Shown here piece by piece: positions 47,653 to 57,414 of a DNA stretch of 64,000 nucleotides (positions are counted from its first letter, which is position 1; each line of letters opens with the position of its first letter). The translations under genes and the position numbers were made by a program. The stretch comes from an uncultured Candidatus Binatia bacterium (GTDB taxonomy: Bacteria; Desulfobacterota; Binatia; UBA9968; JAJDTQ01): assembly GCA_965242525.1 (NCBI GenBank), contig OZ251459.1, positions 3,616,001-3,680,000 on the forward strand. Reading direction: 5' to 3'. The notes under the pieces are model-generated. The model had not been told where the DNA came from, did not search any database, and worked only from the letters and a program-made list of their open reading frames with translations.

Positions 47653-48878
47653 CGTCCGATCCTCCTTAGGGCCGTCACCGTTTCCCGGACCGACCGTCCC
47701 GCGCGGTCGATCTCCCTGGCCGTCGTGAAGCGGCCAAAGCTGAACCGCACCGAGGACAGGGCCCGGTCCGTGTCGTAGCCGAGGGCGAGCAGCACGTGCG
47801 ACGGTTCGATGTCGGCCGAGGTGCAGGCGGAGCCCGACGAAACGGCGACGACGCCGAGGGCAACCATCAGCGCTTCCGCTTCGACGCCGGCAAAGGAGAC
47901 GCTGAGGATCCCGGGAACACGGTGCTGTGCGTTACCGTTGATTTCGACCTCCTCGACCCGGTCCAGGTGGGCGCGGAACCGGCGGTCCAGCGCTCGGACG
48001 TGCTTCGCGTCGGTCGTGCGGCGCTGCCGCACGAGGCGGGCTGCGTGGCCCATGCCCGCGATCTGGTGCGTGGGAAGCGTGCCCGAGCGCAGCCCGAACT
48101 CCTGCCCGCCCCCGTGAACTTGGGGAACCAACTCGGCGCGGAGGCGCCCGCGGACACGGAGCGCGCCGACCCCCTTCGGGCCGTACATCTTGTGCCCGCT
48201 GATAGAGATCATATCGGCAGCCGCGAGGGTTTCCATAGGGAGCCGCGCCGCACCCTGTACCGCGTCCACGTGGAGCAACGCCCCGTGCTGGTGGACGAGG
48301 GGCTCCAGGGCCGCAATGTCCGTGACGGTCCCGGTCTCGTTGTTCACGTGCATCAACGACACCAGGATGGTGCCCGGCCGCAACGCTTTCGAGAGGTTTT
48401 CCGGGGTGATCCTCCCGGTATCGTCAGGCTTGACACGGGACGCAGCGAACCCCTGCGTCTCCAGCCAGGCGGTCGAGTCCAGGACGGCCCGGTGTTCCAG
48501 CGCGGACGTGACTACGTGGTCGCCCCGGTCCCGGCGGGCGAGCGCGGCGCCCTTCAGGGCCAGGTTGATGGCTTCCGTCGCGCCGGAAGTCCAGACGACC
48601 TCCTCGGGTTGCGAGGACAGCAGCGCCGCGACCTCCCCCCGGGCGCTCTCGACCGCTTCCGACGCCGCATGGCCGAAGGCATGGGTCACCGACGCGGGGT
48701 TCCCGAAAGCCCCGTCCACCGTGAGGAAATCGCTCATGGTGCGGGCCACCGCAGGGTCCACGGGCGTGGTCGCCGCGTAATCGAGATAGATGGCGTCCCG
48801 GTCCGCAGGCTCCGCGGCCGGACCGGAAACGGCACAGGATGTTGATGAGTCGGCCTGCTGGAGAGGCATGTGGGTCAC
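47649..48878 (-). CDS. dndA: Cysteine desulfurase (DndA/IscS type)
   Basis: YLDYAATTP, SGATEA, SGHKMYGPKG, RSGT, SSGSACTS; 4-bp stop/start overlap with dndC. Confidence 0.88.
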   Translation of the reverse strand: MTHMPLQQADSSTSCAVSGPAAEPADRDAIYLDYAATTPVDPAVARTMSDFLTVDGAFGNPASVTHAFGHAASEAVESARGEVAALLSSQPEEVVWTSGATEAINLALKGAALARRDRGDHVVTSALEHRAVLDSTAWLETQGFAASRVKPDDTGRITPENLSKALRPGTILVSLMHVNNETGTVTDIAALEPLVHQHGALLHVDAVQGAARLPMETLAAADMISISGHKMYGPKGVGALRVRGRLRAELVPQVHGGGQEFGLRSGTLPTHQIAGMGHAARLVRQRRTTDAKHVRALDRRFRAHLDRVEEVEINGNAQHRVPGILSVSFAGVEAEALMVALGVVAVSSGSACTSADIEPSHVLLALGYDTDRALSSVRFSFGRFTTAREIDRAGRSVRETVTALRRIGR

Positions 48879-48982
48879 CGGGGTCTCCCTCGGGAGGCGG
48901 CCTGAGACAATTGTACCACCCTAGCACGGTCCGGGCCACCCGCGTCAACCGGCCCCCGGTAGCGCCCCATTCCCTGTGGACC

Positions 48983-49075
48983 GACGCTGCCGGAACGGCG
49001 TTGCTTGAAAACGGATCGGTTTTCGTTCAGGGTCCAACCGTGGGAGTTTGCCGGGAACGTCGCCTGCGCCGCGTG
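48983..49075 (+). repeat. Degenerate direct copy of the promoter and first codons of the AAA+ gene at 50692
   Basis: GACGCTG.CGGAACGGCGTTGC..TGAAAA...GCCGGGAACGTC.CCTGCGCCGCGTG shared with 50634-50727. Confidence 0.7.
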
Positions 49076-49164
49076 GGGCGGCGCAGGCGCGGCGGCTTCG
49101 TTGGGACGTTTCTCGTCCGCGGCATCACCGAGCCTGGAAACCTGCTCCCGTCATGGAGGGTCCC

Positions 49165-49659
49165 ATGTACACAAGGGCTTCGAAGATCGCCCTCGTCTGG
49201 GCGGTTGCGTTCTTCTCCACGCTGGTGGTGTGCAACAACGTCACCGATTACGACTCCAACTACCAGTTCGTCGTGCACGTGCTCAAGATGGATACGACCT
49301 TCCCCGACAACCGGGGGATGTGGCGGGCCCTGGATTCCCCCTTCGTCCACCACGCGCTGTATGGCCTCATCATCCTGGTGGAGGCGGTGGTCGCGGTCCT
49401 GTGCTGGCTGGGAGGCTGGCGTCTCTTCCGCTCCGTCCGTGACCCCGCGGATTTCAACCGGGCCAAGGGCATCGCCATCCTCGGTCTGACCCTGGGGATC
49501 CTCCTGTGGTTCTCCGGGTTCATCACCATCGGCGGGGAATGGTTCCTGATGTGGCAATCGGACGTATGGAACGGACAGCAGGCCGCCTTCCGCCTGGTGG
49601 TGGTCCTGGGCCTCACGCTCCTGTACCTCGTGCAACCCGACCACGAGAACCACGCCTGA
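49165..49659 (+). CDS. DUF2165 family membrane protein
   Basis: NNVTDYDSNYQFVVHVLKMDTTF, GGEWFLMWQS..WNGQQAAFR. Confidence 0.9.
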   Translation: MYTRASKIALVWAVAFFSTLVVCNNVTDYDSNYQFVVHVLKMDTTFPDNRGMWRALDSPFVHHALYGLIILVEAVVAVLCWLGGWRLFRSVRDPADFNRAKGIAILGLTLGILLWFSGFITIGGEWFLMWQSDVWNGQQAAFRLVVVLGLTLLYLVQPDHENHA

Positions 49660-49681
49660 CCGTCGAGGCAGTTGCCGGAAG

Positions 49682-49843
49682 GCGTCCTTCGACTTTGCTT
49701 CGCTACGCTCAGGATGAACGGGGGGACTTCGCTTCGCTACGCTCAGGACGAACGGAGGGATTTCACTTCGCCATGCTCGGGACGAACGGGGGACTTCGCT
49801 TTGCCATGCTCAGGACGAACGGGGATAATTGTTCAGAGCTTTT
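49682..49843. repeat. Family B MITE with four tandem internal units
   Basis: Repeated (A)CTT(C/T)GC..(C)GCTC(A/G)GGA(C/T)GAACGG units followed by AATTGTTCAGAG. Confidence 0.75.
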
Positions 49844-50201
49844 TCAGTCGCACCGCGGGCAGCTTCTTCAGTTGCTGGTTGAGCGGATCGACCTGGATAC
49901 CGAGGGACTCCAGCGCCGTTACTCCGAGCAGCGGCTCGGTGTCGATGTCCCCGAAAAGGACCGTTCCCCCGACCATCTCGCCCATGAGTTCGATTCGCAC
50001 CACCGCGACGTCCATCACGACTTCGCTGCCGTCCGCCAACAGATACGTCCGCCGTGCTTCGGGTTGAACGCCGATGGCGGCCAGATGCTGCCGCGGGACC
50101 AGGCTGTCGGTGGCCCCCGTATCGACCAGGAAACGCCCCTCCCAGCGCTTGGCTCGATCTGCCGGATTGCTGATGGTTACGTTGGCGTTGACCACACCCA
50201 T
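49833..50201 (-). CDS. Clan AA (retropepsin-like) aspartic protease
   Basis: FLVDTGAT catalytic motif, LADG, PLLGVTALE. Confidence 0.88.
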   Translation of the reverse strand: MGVVNANVTISNPADRAKRWEGRFLVDTGATDSLVPRQHLAAIGVQPEARRTYLLADGSEVVMDVAVVRIELMGEMVGGTVLFGDIDTEPLLGVTALESLGIQVDPLNQQLKKLPAVRLKKL

Positions 50202-50217
50202 GTTCGGCCTCCCTTGA

Positions 50218-50328
50218 GGAACGTCTGTTCCATTCCGGCTTGAACTCCCTCTCTCCTGTGGGAAAGCGCGTCCTTCGACTTCGCTTCGCTACGCTCAGGA
50301 CGAACGGGGACAATTGTTCAGAGTTTCC
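50218..50328. mobile_element. Family B MITE
   Basis: GGAACGTCTG ... TTCAGAGTTTCC ends with one internal unit. Confidence 0.75.
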
Positions 50329-50415
50329 TTCAGACGGATCCTCCCTTCGGAACCGCACCCACGACAGGCCCCGGCCCGTGTCGTAACCGAGGTAAGCCAT
50401 AGGCAACTGTACTAG

Positions 50416-50556
50416 GCAACCTCTGAACAATCGAGACATCCGGGATGGATTCCCGATTCCCTCACCCTGACGCCCCTATTCCCGTTCGTCCTGAGCGTAG
50501 CGTAGCGAAGTCGAAGGACGCTCTCATGCTCTCTGTCCCGATTGTTTAGAGGTTCC
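50416..50556. mobile_element. Family A MITE with CTAG target duplication
   Basis: CTAG|GCAACCTCTGAACAATCG ... CGATTGTTTAGAGGTTCC|CTAG. Confidence 0.8.
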
Positions 50557-50655
50557 CTAGCATAATCCGGGCCAACCGCGTGAACCACACCCGGCGGCGC
50601 CCGATCCGGCGCTACGACAGGGACCTGCGGATGGACGCTGGCGGAACGGCGTTGC

Positions 50656-50690
50656 CTTGAAAAATGAGCGGTTCCCGTTCATATTTCAAG
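50656..50690. promoter_or_regulatory. Palindrome directly upstream of the AAA+ ATPase start
   Basis: CTTGAAAAATGAGCGG-TTC-CCGTTCATATTTCAAG (14 of 16 arm match). Confidence 0.55.
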
Positions 50691-50691
50691 G

Positions 50692-51852
50692 ATGGAAGTT
50701 CGCCGGGAACGTCACCTGCGCCGCGTGAGCCTGTTGTTGCGGGAGTTTCCGGTGGTGGCGCTCCTCGGAGCGAGGCAGGTGGGGAAATCGACCCTCGCCC
50801 GGCAACTCGTGGCGTCGCGCCGCGGGCCCGCCACATGGTTCGACCTGGAGAACCCGGCCGACCTCGCCCGCCTGGAGGACCCCGGCCTGGAGTTGCGGCC
50901 GTTGCGGGGACTCGTGGTCCTCGACGAAATCCACCGGCTCCCCGGCGTGTTCCCGCTCCTGCGGGTCCTGGCGGACCGGCCCCGGACGCCGGCCCGCTTC
51001 CTCGTGTTGGGCAGCGCCTCTCCCGACCTCCTGAACCAGACATCGGAGACCCTCGCCGGGCGCGTGGCCTTCCACGAGCTCGACGGCCTCGGGTTGCACG
51101 AGGTCGGCGACCTGGAACGGCTCTGGTTGCGCGGCGGCTTTCCGTTGTCCTATCTCGCCCGGTCGGCGCCCGCGAGCCGGCGCTGGCGCGACAGCTTCGT
51201 TCGGACGTTCCTCACCCGCGACCTCCCCGAGCTGGGGAACCTGGTCCCGTCCACGACCTTGCGCCGCTTCTGGACGATGCTCGCCCACTGGCATGGCCAG
51301 TTGTGGAACGGCGCCGAATTCGGCCGCGCCTTCGGCGTTTCCCACACGACCGTAAGGCGCTACCTCGACCTCCTGTCGTCGGTCTTCGTGGTGCGCCAGT
51401 TGCAGCCTTGGCACGAGAACCTCGGCAAGCGGCAGGTGCGCTCCCCGAAGGTCTATATCGGCGACTCCGGCATCCTCCACGCGTTGCTGGGCCTGACCAC
51501 TCGCGAGGAAGTGGTTTCCCATCCCAAGGTAGGCGCATCCTGGGAGGGTTTCGTGATCCAGCAGGTGGTCCATCTGCTCGCCGCGGACAACGACCAGTGT
51601 TTCCACTGGAAGACGCATTCGGGAGCGGAACTCGACCTGCTGGTAGTGGCGGGCAACCGACGTTACGGCTTCGAGGTCAAGCGTACGGAGGCCCCGCGGT
51701 TGACGGCTTCCATGCACTCGGCCTTCGAGACCCTGGGACTCGATTCCCTGGACGTCGTGCACGCCGGGACCGAAGCCTACGCGCTGGCCCCCCGCATCCG
51801 GGCCGTGCCCGCCGCAGGGCTCGCCGCGAGGCTGCGTTCCCTGCGCCGGTAA
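50692..51852 (+). CDS. AAA+ ATPase (AAA_14) with DUF4143 / PD-(D/E)XK-like C-terminus
   Basis: GARQVGKST, VLDEIH, LAGR, RGGFP, SPKVYIGDSG, ELDL..FEVK. Confidence 0.92.
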   Translation: MEVRRERHLRRVSLLLREFPVVALLGARQVGKSTLARQLVASRRGPATWFDLENPADLARLEDPGLELRPLRGLVVLDEIHRLPGVFPLLRVLADRPRTPARFLVLGSASPDLLNQTSETLAGRVAFHELDGLGLHEVGDLERLWLRGGFPLSYLARSAPASRRWRDSFVRTFLTRDLPELGNLVPSTTLRRFWTMLAHWHGQLWNGAEFGRAFGVSHTTVRRYLDLLSSVFVVRQLQPWHENLGKRQVRSPKVYIGDSGILHALLGLTTREEVVSHPKVGASWEGFVIQQVVHLLAADNDQCFHWKTHSGAELDLLVVAGNRRYGFEVKRTEAPRLTASMHSAFETLGLDSLDVVHAGTEAYALAPRIRAVPAAGLAARLRSLRR

Positions 51853-51874
51853 CCACGACCGACGACCATCCTCG

Positions 51875-52054
51875 GGAACGTCTGATCAATTCCGGCCCGA
51901 ACTCCCTCTCCCTGTGGGAAAACGCGTCCTTCGACTTCGCTTCGCTACGCTCAGGACGAACGGGGGAGGACTTCACTTTGCCACGCTCAGGACGAACGGG
52001 GGGACTTCACTTTGCCGTGCTCAGGACGAACGGGGACAATCGTTCAGAGTTTCC
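51875..52054. mobile_element. Family B MITE with three internal units
   Basis: GGAACGTCTGATC ... GTTCAGAGTTTCC. Confidence 0.75.
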
Positions 52055-52055
52055 T

Positions 52056-53804
52056 TCAGAACCTGAGGCTGGCCTTCACGCCGACGTTGCCTTTACTTTT
52101 GACGTTGCCGGTCCGCAGCTTGCCGAAGACCTCCACCGCGCCGAGGCCGCGGCCGAAGCTGCGCTTCACTTGGCTTTCGAGTACGGCATGGCGGCCGGAG
52201 GCATTGCCCGGGACTCCGATCTTCTGCTCGCCGTAGATCTTGAAACTGAAATCCAGGCCGGGCAAGGCGGACGGCATCTTCAGGCGTGCGCCCATACGCA
52301 CCTTCGAAGGCCTGTGGGAAACCCTCAACTCGCTGAACGGCGTCAACCGGCTGCGTCCGTCCATGAACTTCACTTTGTAACCTGACCGCGCCTTCAGGGT
52401 CATGCGGGAGCCGTTCGGTCGAGCCTCCGCGGGCCAGGCCCCCTTCCACAGCGCCTCCTTGTCGAGGGACGCATTGCCCCAGGAGGGGGCGAGCGAGAGG
52501 TAGAGGCCCCGGCCGCGAGCGCCCGGGTCGAACACCGCAGTGACGCTTGCCCTCCACTCCCGCAGAGCCGAGGCCCGGTGCGCCGCCAGGAAGCGCCCGC
52601 GCGCCTTCAGGTCGATGCCCAGACTCCGGTCGGCGTAGTCCGCGGCCCCGCCCACCTCCAGGCCCGCGCCCGACTCCAGGTCGCCGCCGTCCAGGCGCCC
52701 GCCGAGTTCGAGGCTGCCCGAGAGCTTCCTCCTCCCGGCGAACCTTGCGCCCTTGCGGACCTCCAGGGCCAGACGCATCCGCCGGTAGTCGGCCTCGGTC
52801 TTCGGCAACAGGCCTTCCCGTTCCTCCGACCGGACCCGCACCAGGAAGCCGTCGGTCTTGAGCGCCCAATCGACGCCCGCGGCGTGCGCCAACACCCTGC
52901 GTCCGCCCGCCGCGGCCATCCACAGGTCCATGTCCGTGTCCCCGCCTTCGCCGAACGTGGCCTTGCCCCAGCCGTAGCCCAGCGTGGCCCACATCCCGAG
53001 TCCCGCCGCGGGCGACCAGTGCACGTAGGGATGCACGCTGGTGAGCGTAGCGTCCCCCTTGCCCCCCACCTCCCCGGCGCGGTAGTCCGTCTTGCCCTCG
53101 CTATAGCCCGCGGCGACGCCTGCGAGCAGGTCCCCACGCGTGCGGAAGTCGATGCCCGTCTGGCCGGACCAGGCTTTTCCGTCCATGGAGAAGTCCTCTT
53201 CCGGTCGGTCCTCGAAACCGGATGCGGCTCCGCGGCCCCACAGGGTCCAGGCCGCTCCGGCGCCGGCCGCGGTCCCGTCCTTCCCGTCGAAGGGGAGCCG
53301 GAAGGAGGTCCCGGACAGTGCGCCGACGGGGTTGCGGCGTCCGTTGCCGCCTGCACCGGCGCCGAGCACCCGCTCCAGGCGCCGCGCCAGCGCCGCAGGG
53401 CGGCCGCCCGAACCGAGCCGTTTCCCGGCCAGCTTCGCATGCAGGCCCCCGGGCGACAGGGCCGCCGCGGCGCGGTCGCCGATGGCGTCCGCCACGTCCG
53501 TCGCCACCGAACCCCCGAATGCTCCAAGCACGTACTCCTCCCCCGGCGTCGCCGCGTAGCCGGGACAGGAAGGATCGGGGTCGTCGGGGCCGCAGTGGTC
53601 CGGTATCGATCCGGTCACCCCCCAACCGAGGGCTGTCGCCTCGGTCTCTCCGGCCGCGGCGATCCGGGGAGTCGGACCGGGTTGCGCGGCCGCATTTCCG
53701 GGCAACGAACCCGGGAAGAGGAACAGAAGGAGCAGCGTCCCCGCGGCGCACGCCTCCGAAACGCGCATCATGGCGTCGTACTTCTCGGGCAAGCTCGGAA
53801 CCAT
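52056..53804 (-). CDS. Autotransporter-like outer-membrane beta-barrel protein with almost no passenger
   Basis: Signal-like N-terminus, WTLWGRG, LAGVA, SVHPY, alternating beta strands, terminal F; start 53804 or 53771. Confidence 0.75.
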   Translation of the reverse strand: MVPSLPEKYDAMMRVSEACAAGTLLLLFLFPGSLPGNAAAQPGPTPRIAAAGETEATALGWGVTGSIPDHCGPDDPDPSCPGYAATPGEEYVLGAFGGSVATDVADAIGDRAAAALSPGGLHAKLAGKRLGSGGRPAALARRLERVLGAGAGGNGRRNPVGALSGTSFRLPFDGKDGTAAGAGAAWTLWGRGAASGFEDRPEEDFSMDGKAWSGQTGIDFRTRGDLLAGVAAGYSEGKTDYRAGEVGGKGDATLTSVHPYVHWSPAAGLGMWATLGYGWGKATFGEGGDTDMDLWMAAAGGRRVLAHAAGVDWALKTDGFLVRVRSEEREGLLPKTEADYRRMRLALEVRKGARFAGRRKLSGSLELGGRLDGGDLESGAGLEVGGAADYADRSLGIDLKARGRFLAAHRASALREWRASVTAVFDPGARGRGLYLSLAPSWGNASLDKEALWKGAWPAEARPNGSRMTLKARSGYKVKFMDGRSRLTPFSELRVSHRPSKVRMGARLKMPSALPGLDFSFKIYGEQKIGVPGNASGRHAVLESQVKRSFGRGLGAVEVFGKLRTGNVKSKGNVGVKASLRF

Positions 53805-55408
53805 CAACCCCGCCGCTCGCGGTAGCGCCGGATCAGGGCGTTGGTGGAGCTGTCGTGGCGCAGTTCCGGCGAGCCCTCGCTCTCCAGTTCCGGGACGATG
53901 CGGTTGGCCAGGGCCTTGCCGAGCTCCACGCCCCACTGGTCGAAGGAGTTGATGCGCCACACCGCGCCCTGGACGAAGACCTTGTGCTCGTACAGGGCGA
54001 TGAGCCGGCCCAGGGCGTCCGGGGTCAGGCGCTCCGCCAGCAGGGTGTTGGTGGGGTGGTTGCCCGGGAAGGTCCGGTGCGGCGCCTGCGCGGCCGGAAT
54101 GCCCTCGGCCGCGGCCTCCTCCGCGGTCTTGCCGAAGGCCAGCGCCTCGGTCTGGGCCAGGAAGTTGGCCATCAGCAGGTCGTGGTGGTTGCCCAGGGGG
54201 TCCAGGGGCTGGCAGAAGCCGATGAAGTCGCAGGGGATGAGCCGGGTGCCCTGGTGGATCAACTGGTAGTAGGCGTGCTGCCCGTTGGCGCCGGGCTGTC
54301 CCCAGATCACCGGTCCGGTGTGGTAGTCCACGGGCGCGCCGTCGAGATCCACCCCCTTGCCGTTGCTCTCCATGTCGAGCTGCTGGCAGTAGGCGCTGAG
54401 CCGCCAGAGGTACTGGCTGTAGGGCAGGATGCAATGGGTCTCGGCGCCGAAGAAGTTGTTGTACCAGATGCCCAGGAGGGCCAGCAGCACCGGCAGGTTG
54501 CGCTCGAAGGGGGCGGTGCGGAAATGCTCGTCCATGGCGTGCAGGCCATCGAGCATGGCGCGGAAATGGGCCGGGCCCACCGCGACCATCAGTGACAGGC
54601 CAATGGCGGAATCGACCGAGTAGCGGCCTCCCACCCAGTCCCAGAAGCCGAACATGTTGGCGGTGTCGATGCCGAAGCGCTGCACCTCCCCGCGGTTGGT
54701 GGACACGGCCACGAAGTGCCGGGCCACCGCGTCCTCGTCCCGGAGCGCGCCGAGGCACCAGTCCCGCGCGGTGTGGGCGTTGGCGAGGGTCTCCTGGGTG
54801 GTGAAGGTCTTGGAGCTGACCACGAACAGGGTCTCCGCGGGGTCCATGTCCCGGGTGGTCTCGGCGAAGTCGGCGCCGTCCACGTTGGACACGAAGCCCA
54901 GGCGCAGGCTCCGGCGGCTGTAGTGCTTGAGCGCCTCGTAGCACATCACCGGCCCCAGGTCCGAGCCGCCGATGCCGATGTTGACCACGTTGCGGATGGG
55001 CCGTCCCGTGTGGCCGCGCCATTCCCCGTCGCGCACCCGATCCGCGAACGAGGCCATGCGGTCGAGCACCGAATGCACGGCCGGGACCACGTCCCGGCCG
55101 TCCACCACCACGGCTTGGCCCCGGGGCGCCCGCAACGCCACGTGCAGCACCGGGCGGCCCTCGGTGACGTTGATCCGGTCGCCCCGGAACATGGCCTCCG
55201 CGCGTTCTCCCACCCCCGCGGCCCGGGCCAAGTCCAGCAGCAGCCCCAGGGTCTCGTCCGTGACCCGGTTCTTGGAGTAGTCCAGGTAGATCCCCGCGGC
55301 GTCGAGGGCCAGCCGCTCCCCCCGCCGGGGGTCCTCGGCGAAGAGCGTGCGCAGGTGCAGGTCCCCGACCTTGCGGTAGTGCTCGGCGAGGCTCTGCCAC
55401 GCCGGCAA
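53804..55408 (-). CDS. pgi: Glucose-6-phosphate isomerase
   Basis: [53 protein letters not shown]; start uncertain. Confidence 0.97.
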   Translation of the reverse strand: MPAWQSLAEHYRKVGDLHLRTLFAEDPRRGERLALDAAGIYLDYSKNRVTDETLGLLLDLARAAGVGERAEAMFRGDRINVTEGRPVLHVALRAPRGQAVVVDGRDVVPAVHSVLDRMASFADRVRDGEWRGHTGRPIRNVVNIGIGGSDLGPVMCYEALKHYSRRSLRLGFVSNVDGADFAETTRDMDPAETLFVVSSKTFTTQETLANAHTARDWCLGALRDEDAVARHFVAVSTNRGEVQRFGIDTANMFGFWDWVGGRYSVDSAIGLSLMVAVGPAHFRAMLDGLHAMDEHFRTAPFERNLPVLLALLGIWYNNFFGAETHCILPYSQYLWRLSAYCQQLDMESNGKGVDLDGAPVDYHTGPVIWGQPGANGQHAYYQLIHQGTRLIPCDFIGFCQPLDPLGNHHDLLMANFLAQTEALAFGKTAEEAAAEGIPAAQAPHRTFPGNHPTNTLLAERLTPDALGRLIALYEHKVFVQGAVWRINSFDQWGVELGKALANRIVPELESEGSPELRHDSSTNALIRRYRERRG

Positions 55409-55454
55409 CTCGGTGGGACGACGAGCGGCGATGATGCCCCCCTCTCTCGGTTCA

Positions 55455-55740
55455 GGAATCTCCGGTCAGTTCCGGCTCGATGCGCCTCTGCCTGCGGGAA
55501 AGCGCGTCCTTCGACTTCGCTTCGCTACGCTCAGGACGAACGGGGTGATGGTTCAGGGTTTCCTTCAGGAACCGCTGAACCATCGAGACATCCAGGATGG
55601 ATCCCGATTTTCTCACCCTGATACCCCTATTCCCGTTCATCCTGAGCGTAGCGAAGCGAAGTCCCCCGTTCATCCTGAGCGTAGCGAAGCGGAGTCGAAG
55701 GACGCGCTCATGCCCCCTGTCCCGATTGTTCAGAGGTTCC
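55455..55740. mobile_element. Tandem family B (55455-55563) and family A (55568-55740) MITEs
   Basis: TTCA|GGAATC...GGTTTCC|TTCA|GGAACC...GAGGTTCC. Confidence 0.78.
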
Positions 55741-55750
55741 TTCGGTCGGT

Positions 55751-57217
55751 TCAGTCCGTGCGGTCCAGGGTCAGGGCGATGTCGCCCTTGGCCACGCGCA
55801 CGTGCCCCAAGTCGTCCCTCTTGACCAATTCCTCCACCAGCGACACCACCGGCGGACGGGTGCTCACGTAGGCCCGGGGCGGCGCGGCCGCGCGCATTTC
55901 CGCGATCTCGGCCTCGCTCAGGAGCCAGCGCAGCAACAGCTCTTCGTCCGAGACCCCGTCGCCCCCCAGCCTCGCGCGCATTTCGGAGAGGGACGGCTCC
56001 ACCGGCTCCTGCGCGGCCAGTTCCCGGGCCCGGGGGCGGTCGAGGATCTTGTCCTTCACGTCCGGGTCCATGAGCCGGGCCCCTTCCTCTCCGGCCCGGC
56101 CCAGGGCGTAGCGGATGACCTGGTCGGTGACCTCCTTGTAGCGCTCCCCCACGATGACGTTCAGCGCCGCCTGGCTGCCCACGAACTGGGACAGCGGCGT
56201 CACCATGATGGGATAGCCGAACTCGGCCCGCACGCGGATGGTCTCTTCCAGCGCCTGTGGGAAACGGTCCCCCAGCCGCACCTTGTCGAGCTGGTGCTGG
56301 AGGTTGGAGCGCATGCCGCCGGGCACCTGGTGCTGGTACTGGGCGTAGTCGTACTCCACCGGCTTGCCCACGGGAAAGCCCTCGCGTTTGGCGATGGCGG
56401 TGAAATGCGCGGCCACGGGCTCCAGCACGGACTCGTCCACGAGGGGGTTGTAGCCCAGGGCCCGGGCGTTGCGGGCGACGTTGAAGACCGAGGGGTTGGA
56501 GGAACCGTCCGCCAGCGGCGGCACCGCGGTGTTGACGCTGCGGATGCCCAGGTCCATGGCCTCCAGGCAGCACAGGGGGCCGAGGCCGGTGGTGCAGTGG
56601 GTGTGGAGCTCGATGGGGATGCCGTTGCAGTTATCGAACATGGCCGGCACCAGCGTGCGCATGCGCTCCGGCGTGAGCAGCCCTCCGGGGTCCTTGAGGC
56701 AGATGACCGGCACTTCCAGCGAGGCGGCCTCGCGCGTCTTCCGGGCGTAGTACTCATCGGTGTGCTTGGGCGACACCGAGTAGATCATGTTGATGATGGG
56801 CTTGATGCCGACTTCGCGCGACACCTCCGCCTTGCGCTTCCAGCCCGCGAAGTCGTTCCATTCCTCGGAGATGCGCGCCTCCCGGACGCCGTTGGCGGCC
56901 ATGCGCTCCATGAACAGGCGGTACATGGACAGGGGGTTGAACTCGAAGGTGTTGACGCGCCCGGCGATGACCCGGAGCGGCGTCACGGTGATGCGTCGGG
57001 CCACCAGCCGCACCCGCTCCCAGGGGTCTTCCTTGAGCTCCCGCACGCACTTCTTCAAGTGCGAGCCGGAGATGAGCTCCATGGCCTCGAAGCCCGCCCG
57101 GTCCATTTGCTCGGCCACGGAAAGCATCATGCCCGTGGTCATGTTCTCCGCCCACAGGCTCTGGTGCCCGTCGCGCAGGGTGGTGTCAACGAAGCGGATG
57201 TCCTTGTTCACGTTCAC
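55751..57217 (-). CDS. Pyruvate/oxaloacetate carboxyltransferase domain protein (OadA/PycB-like), no biotinyl domain
   Basis: DTTLRDGHQSL, EDPWER, LKDPGGLL, HTHCTTG, HQVPGGM, GYPIMVTPLSQ. Confidence 0.88.
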   Translation of the reverse strand: MNVNKDIRFVDTTLRDGHQSLWAENMTTGMMLSVAEQMDRAGFEAMELISGSHLKKCVRELKEDPWERVRLVARRITVTPLRVIAGRVNTFEFNPLSMYRLFMERMAANGVREARISEEWNDFAGWKRKAEVSREVGIKPIINMIYSVSPKHTDEYYARKTREAASLEVPVICLKDPGGLLTPERMRTLVPAMFDNCNGIPIELHTHCTTGLGPLCCLEAMDLGIRSVNTAVPPLADGSSNPSVFNVARNARALGYNPLVDESVLEPVAAHFTAIAKREGFPVGKPVEYDYAQYQHQVPGGMRSNLQHQLDKVRLGDRFPQALEETIRVRAEFGYPIMVTPLSQFVGSQAALNVIVGERYKEVTDQVIRYALGRAGEEGARLMDPDVKDKILDRPRARELAAQEPVEPSLSEMRARLGGDGVSDEELLLRWLLSEAEIAEMRAAAPPRAYVSTRPPVVSLVEELVKRDDLGHVRVAKGDIALTLDRTD

Positions 57218-57414
57218 GGCCTCCTTCCGTACGCGCTGACTTTATTGCCCTGCGCCGCAAATCTCAACCGCTCTCGAACGCCGGCGGGCGCCGCGCCGGA
57301 CGGGACGCGGTGCGGAAGGCCGGCAGGCCGACGATTCCGTTTGACTGGCTCGGGCGGACGGGGATAAATGTCGGGGGCGGACGACGGTCGCCTCGCACGG
57401 AAGGAGGGCGTTCG

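Noticed and set aside
47649-48878. Housekeeping iscS of an ISC operon
   Set aside because: No iscR/iscU/hsc or mnmA neighbours; it is translationally coupled to dndC.
49682-49843. Tandem 30-38 bp repeats (also 51926-52035 and 60055-60187) as a CRISPR array
   Set aside because: Units are adjacent and degenerate with no unique spacers, recur as dispersed intergenic elements, and no cas genes are present.
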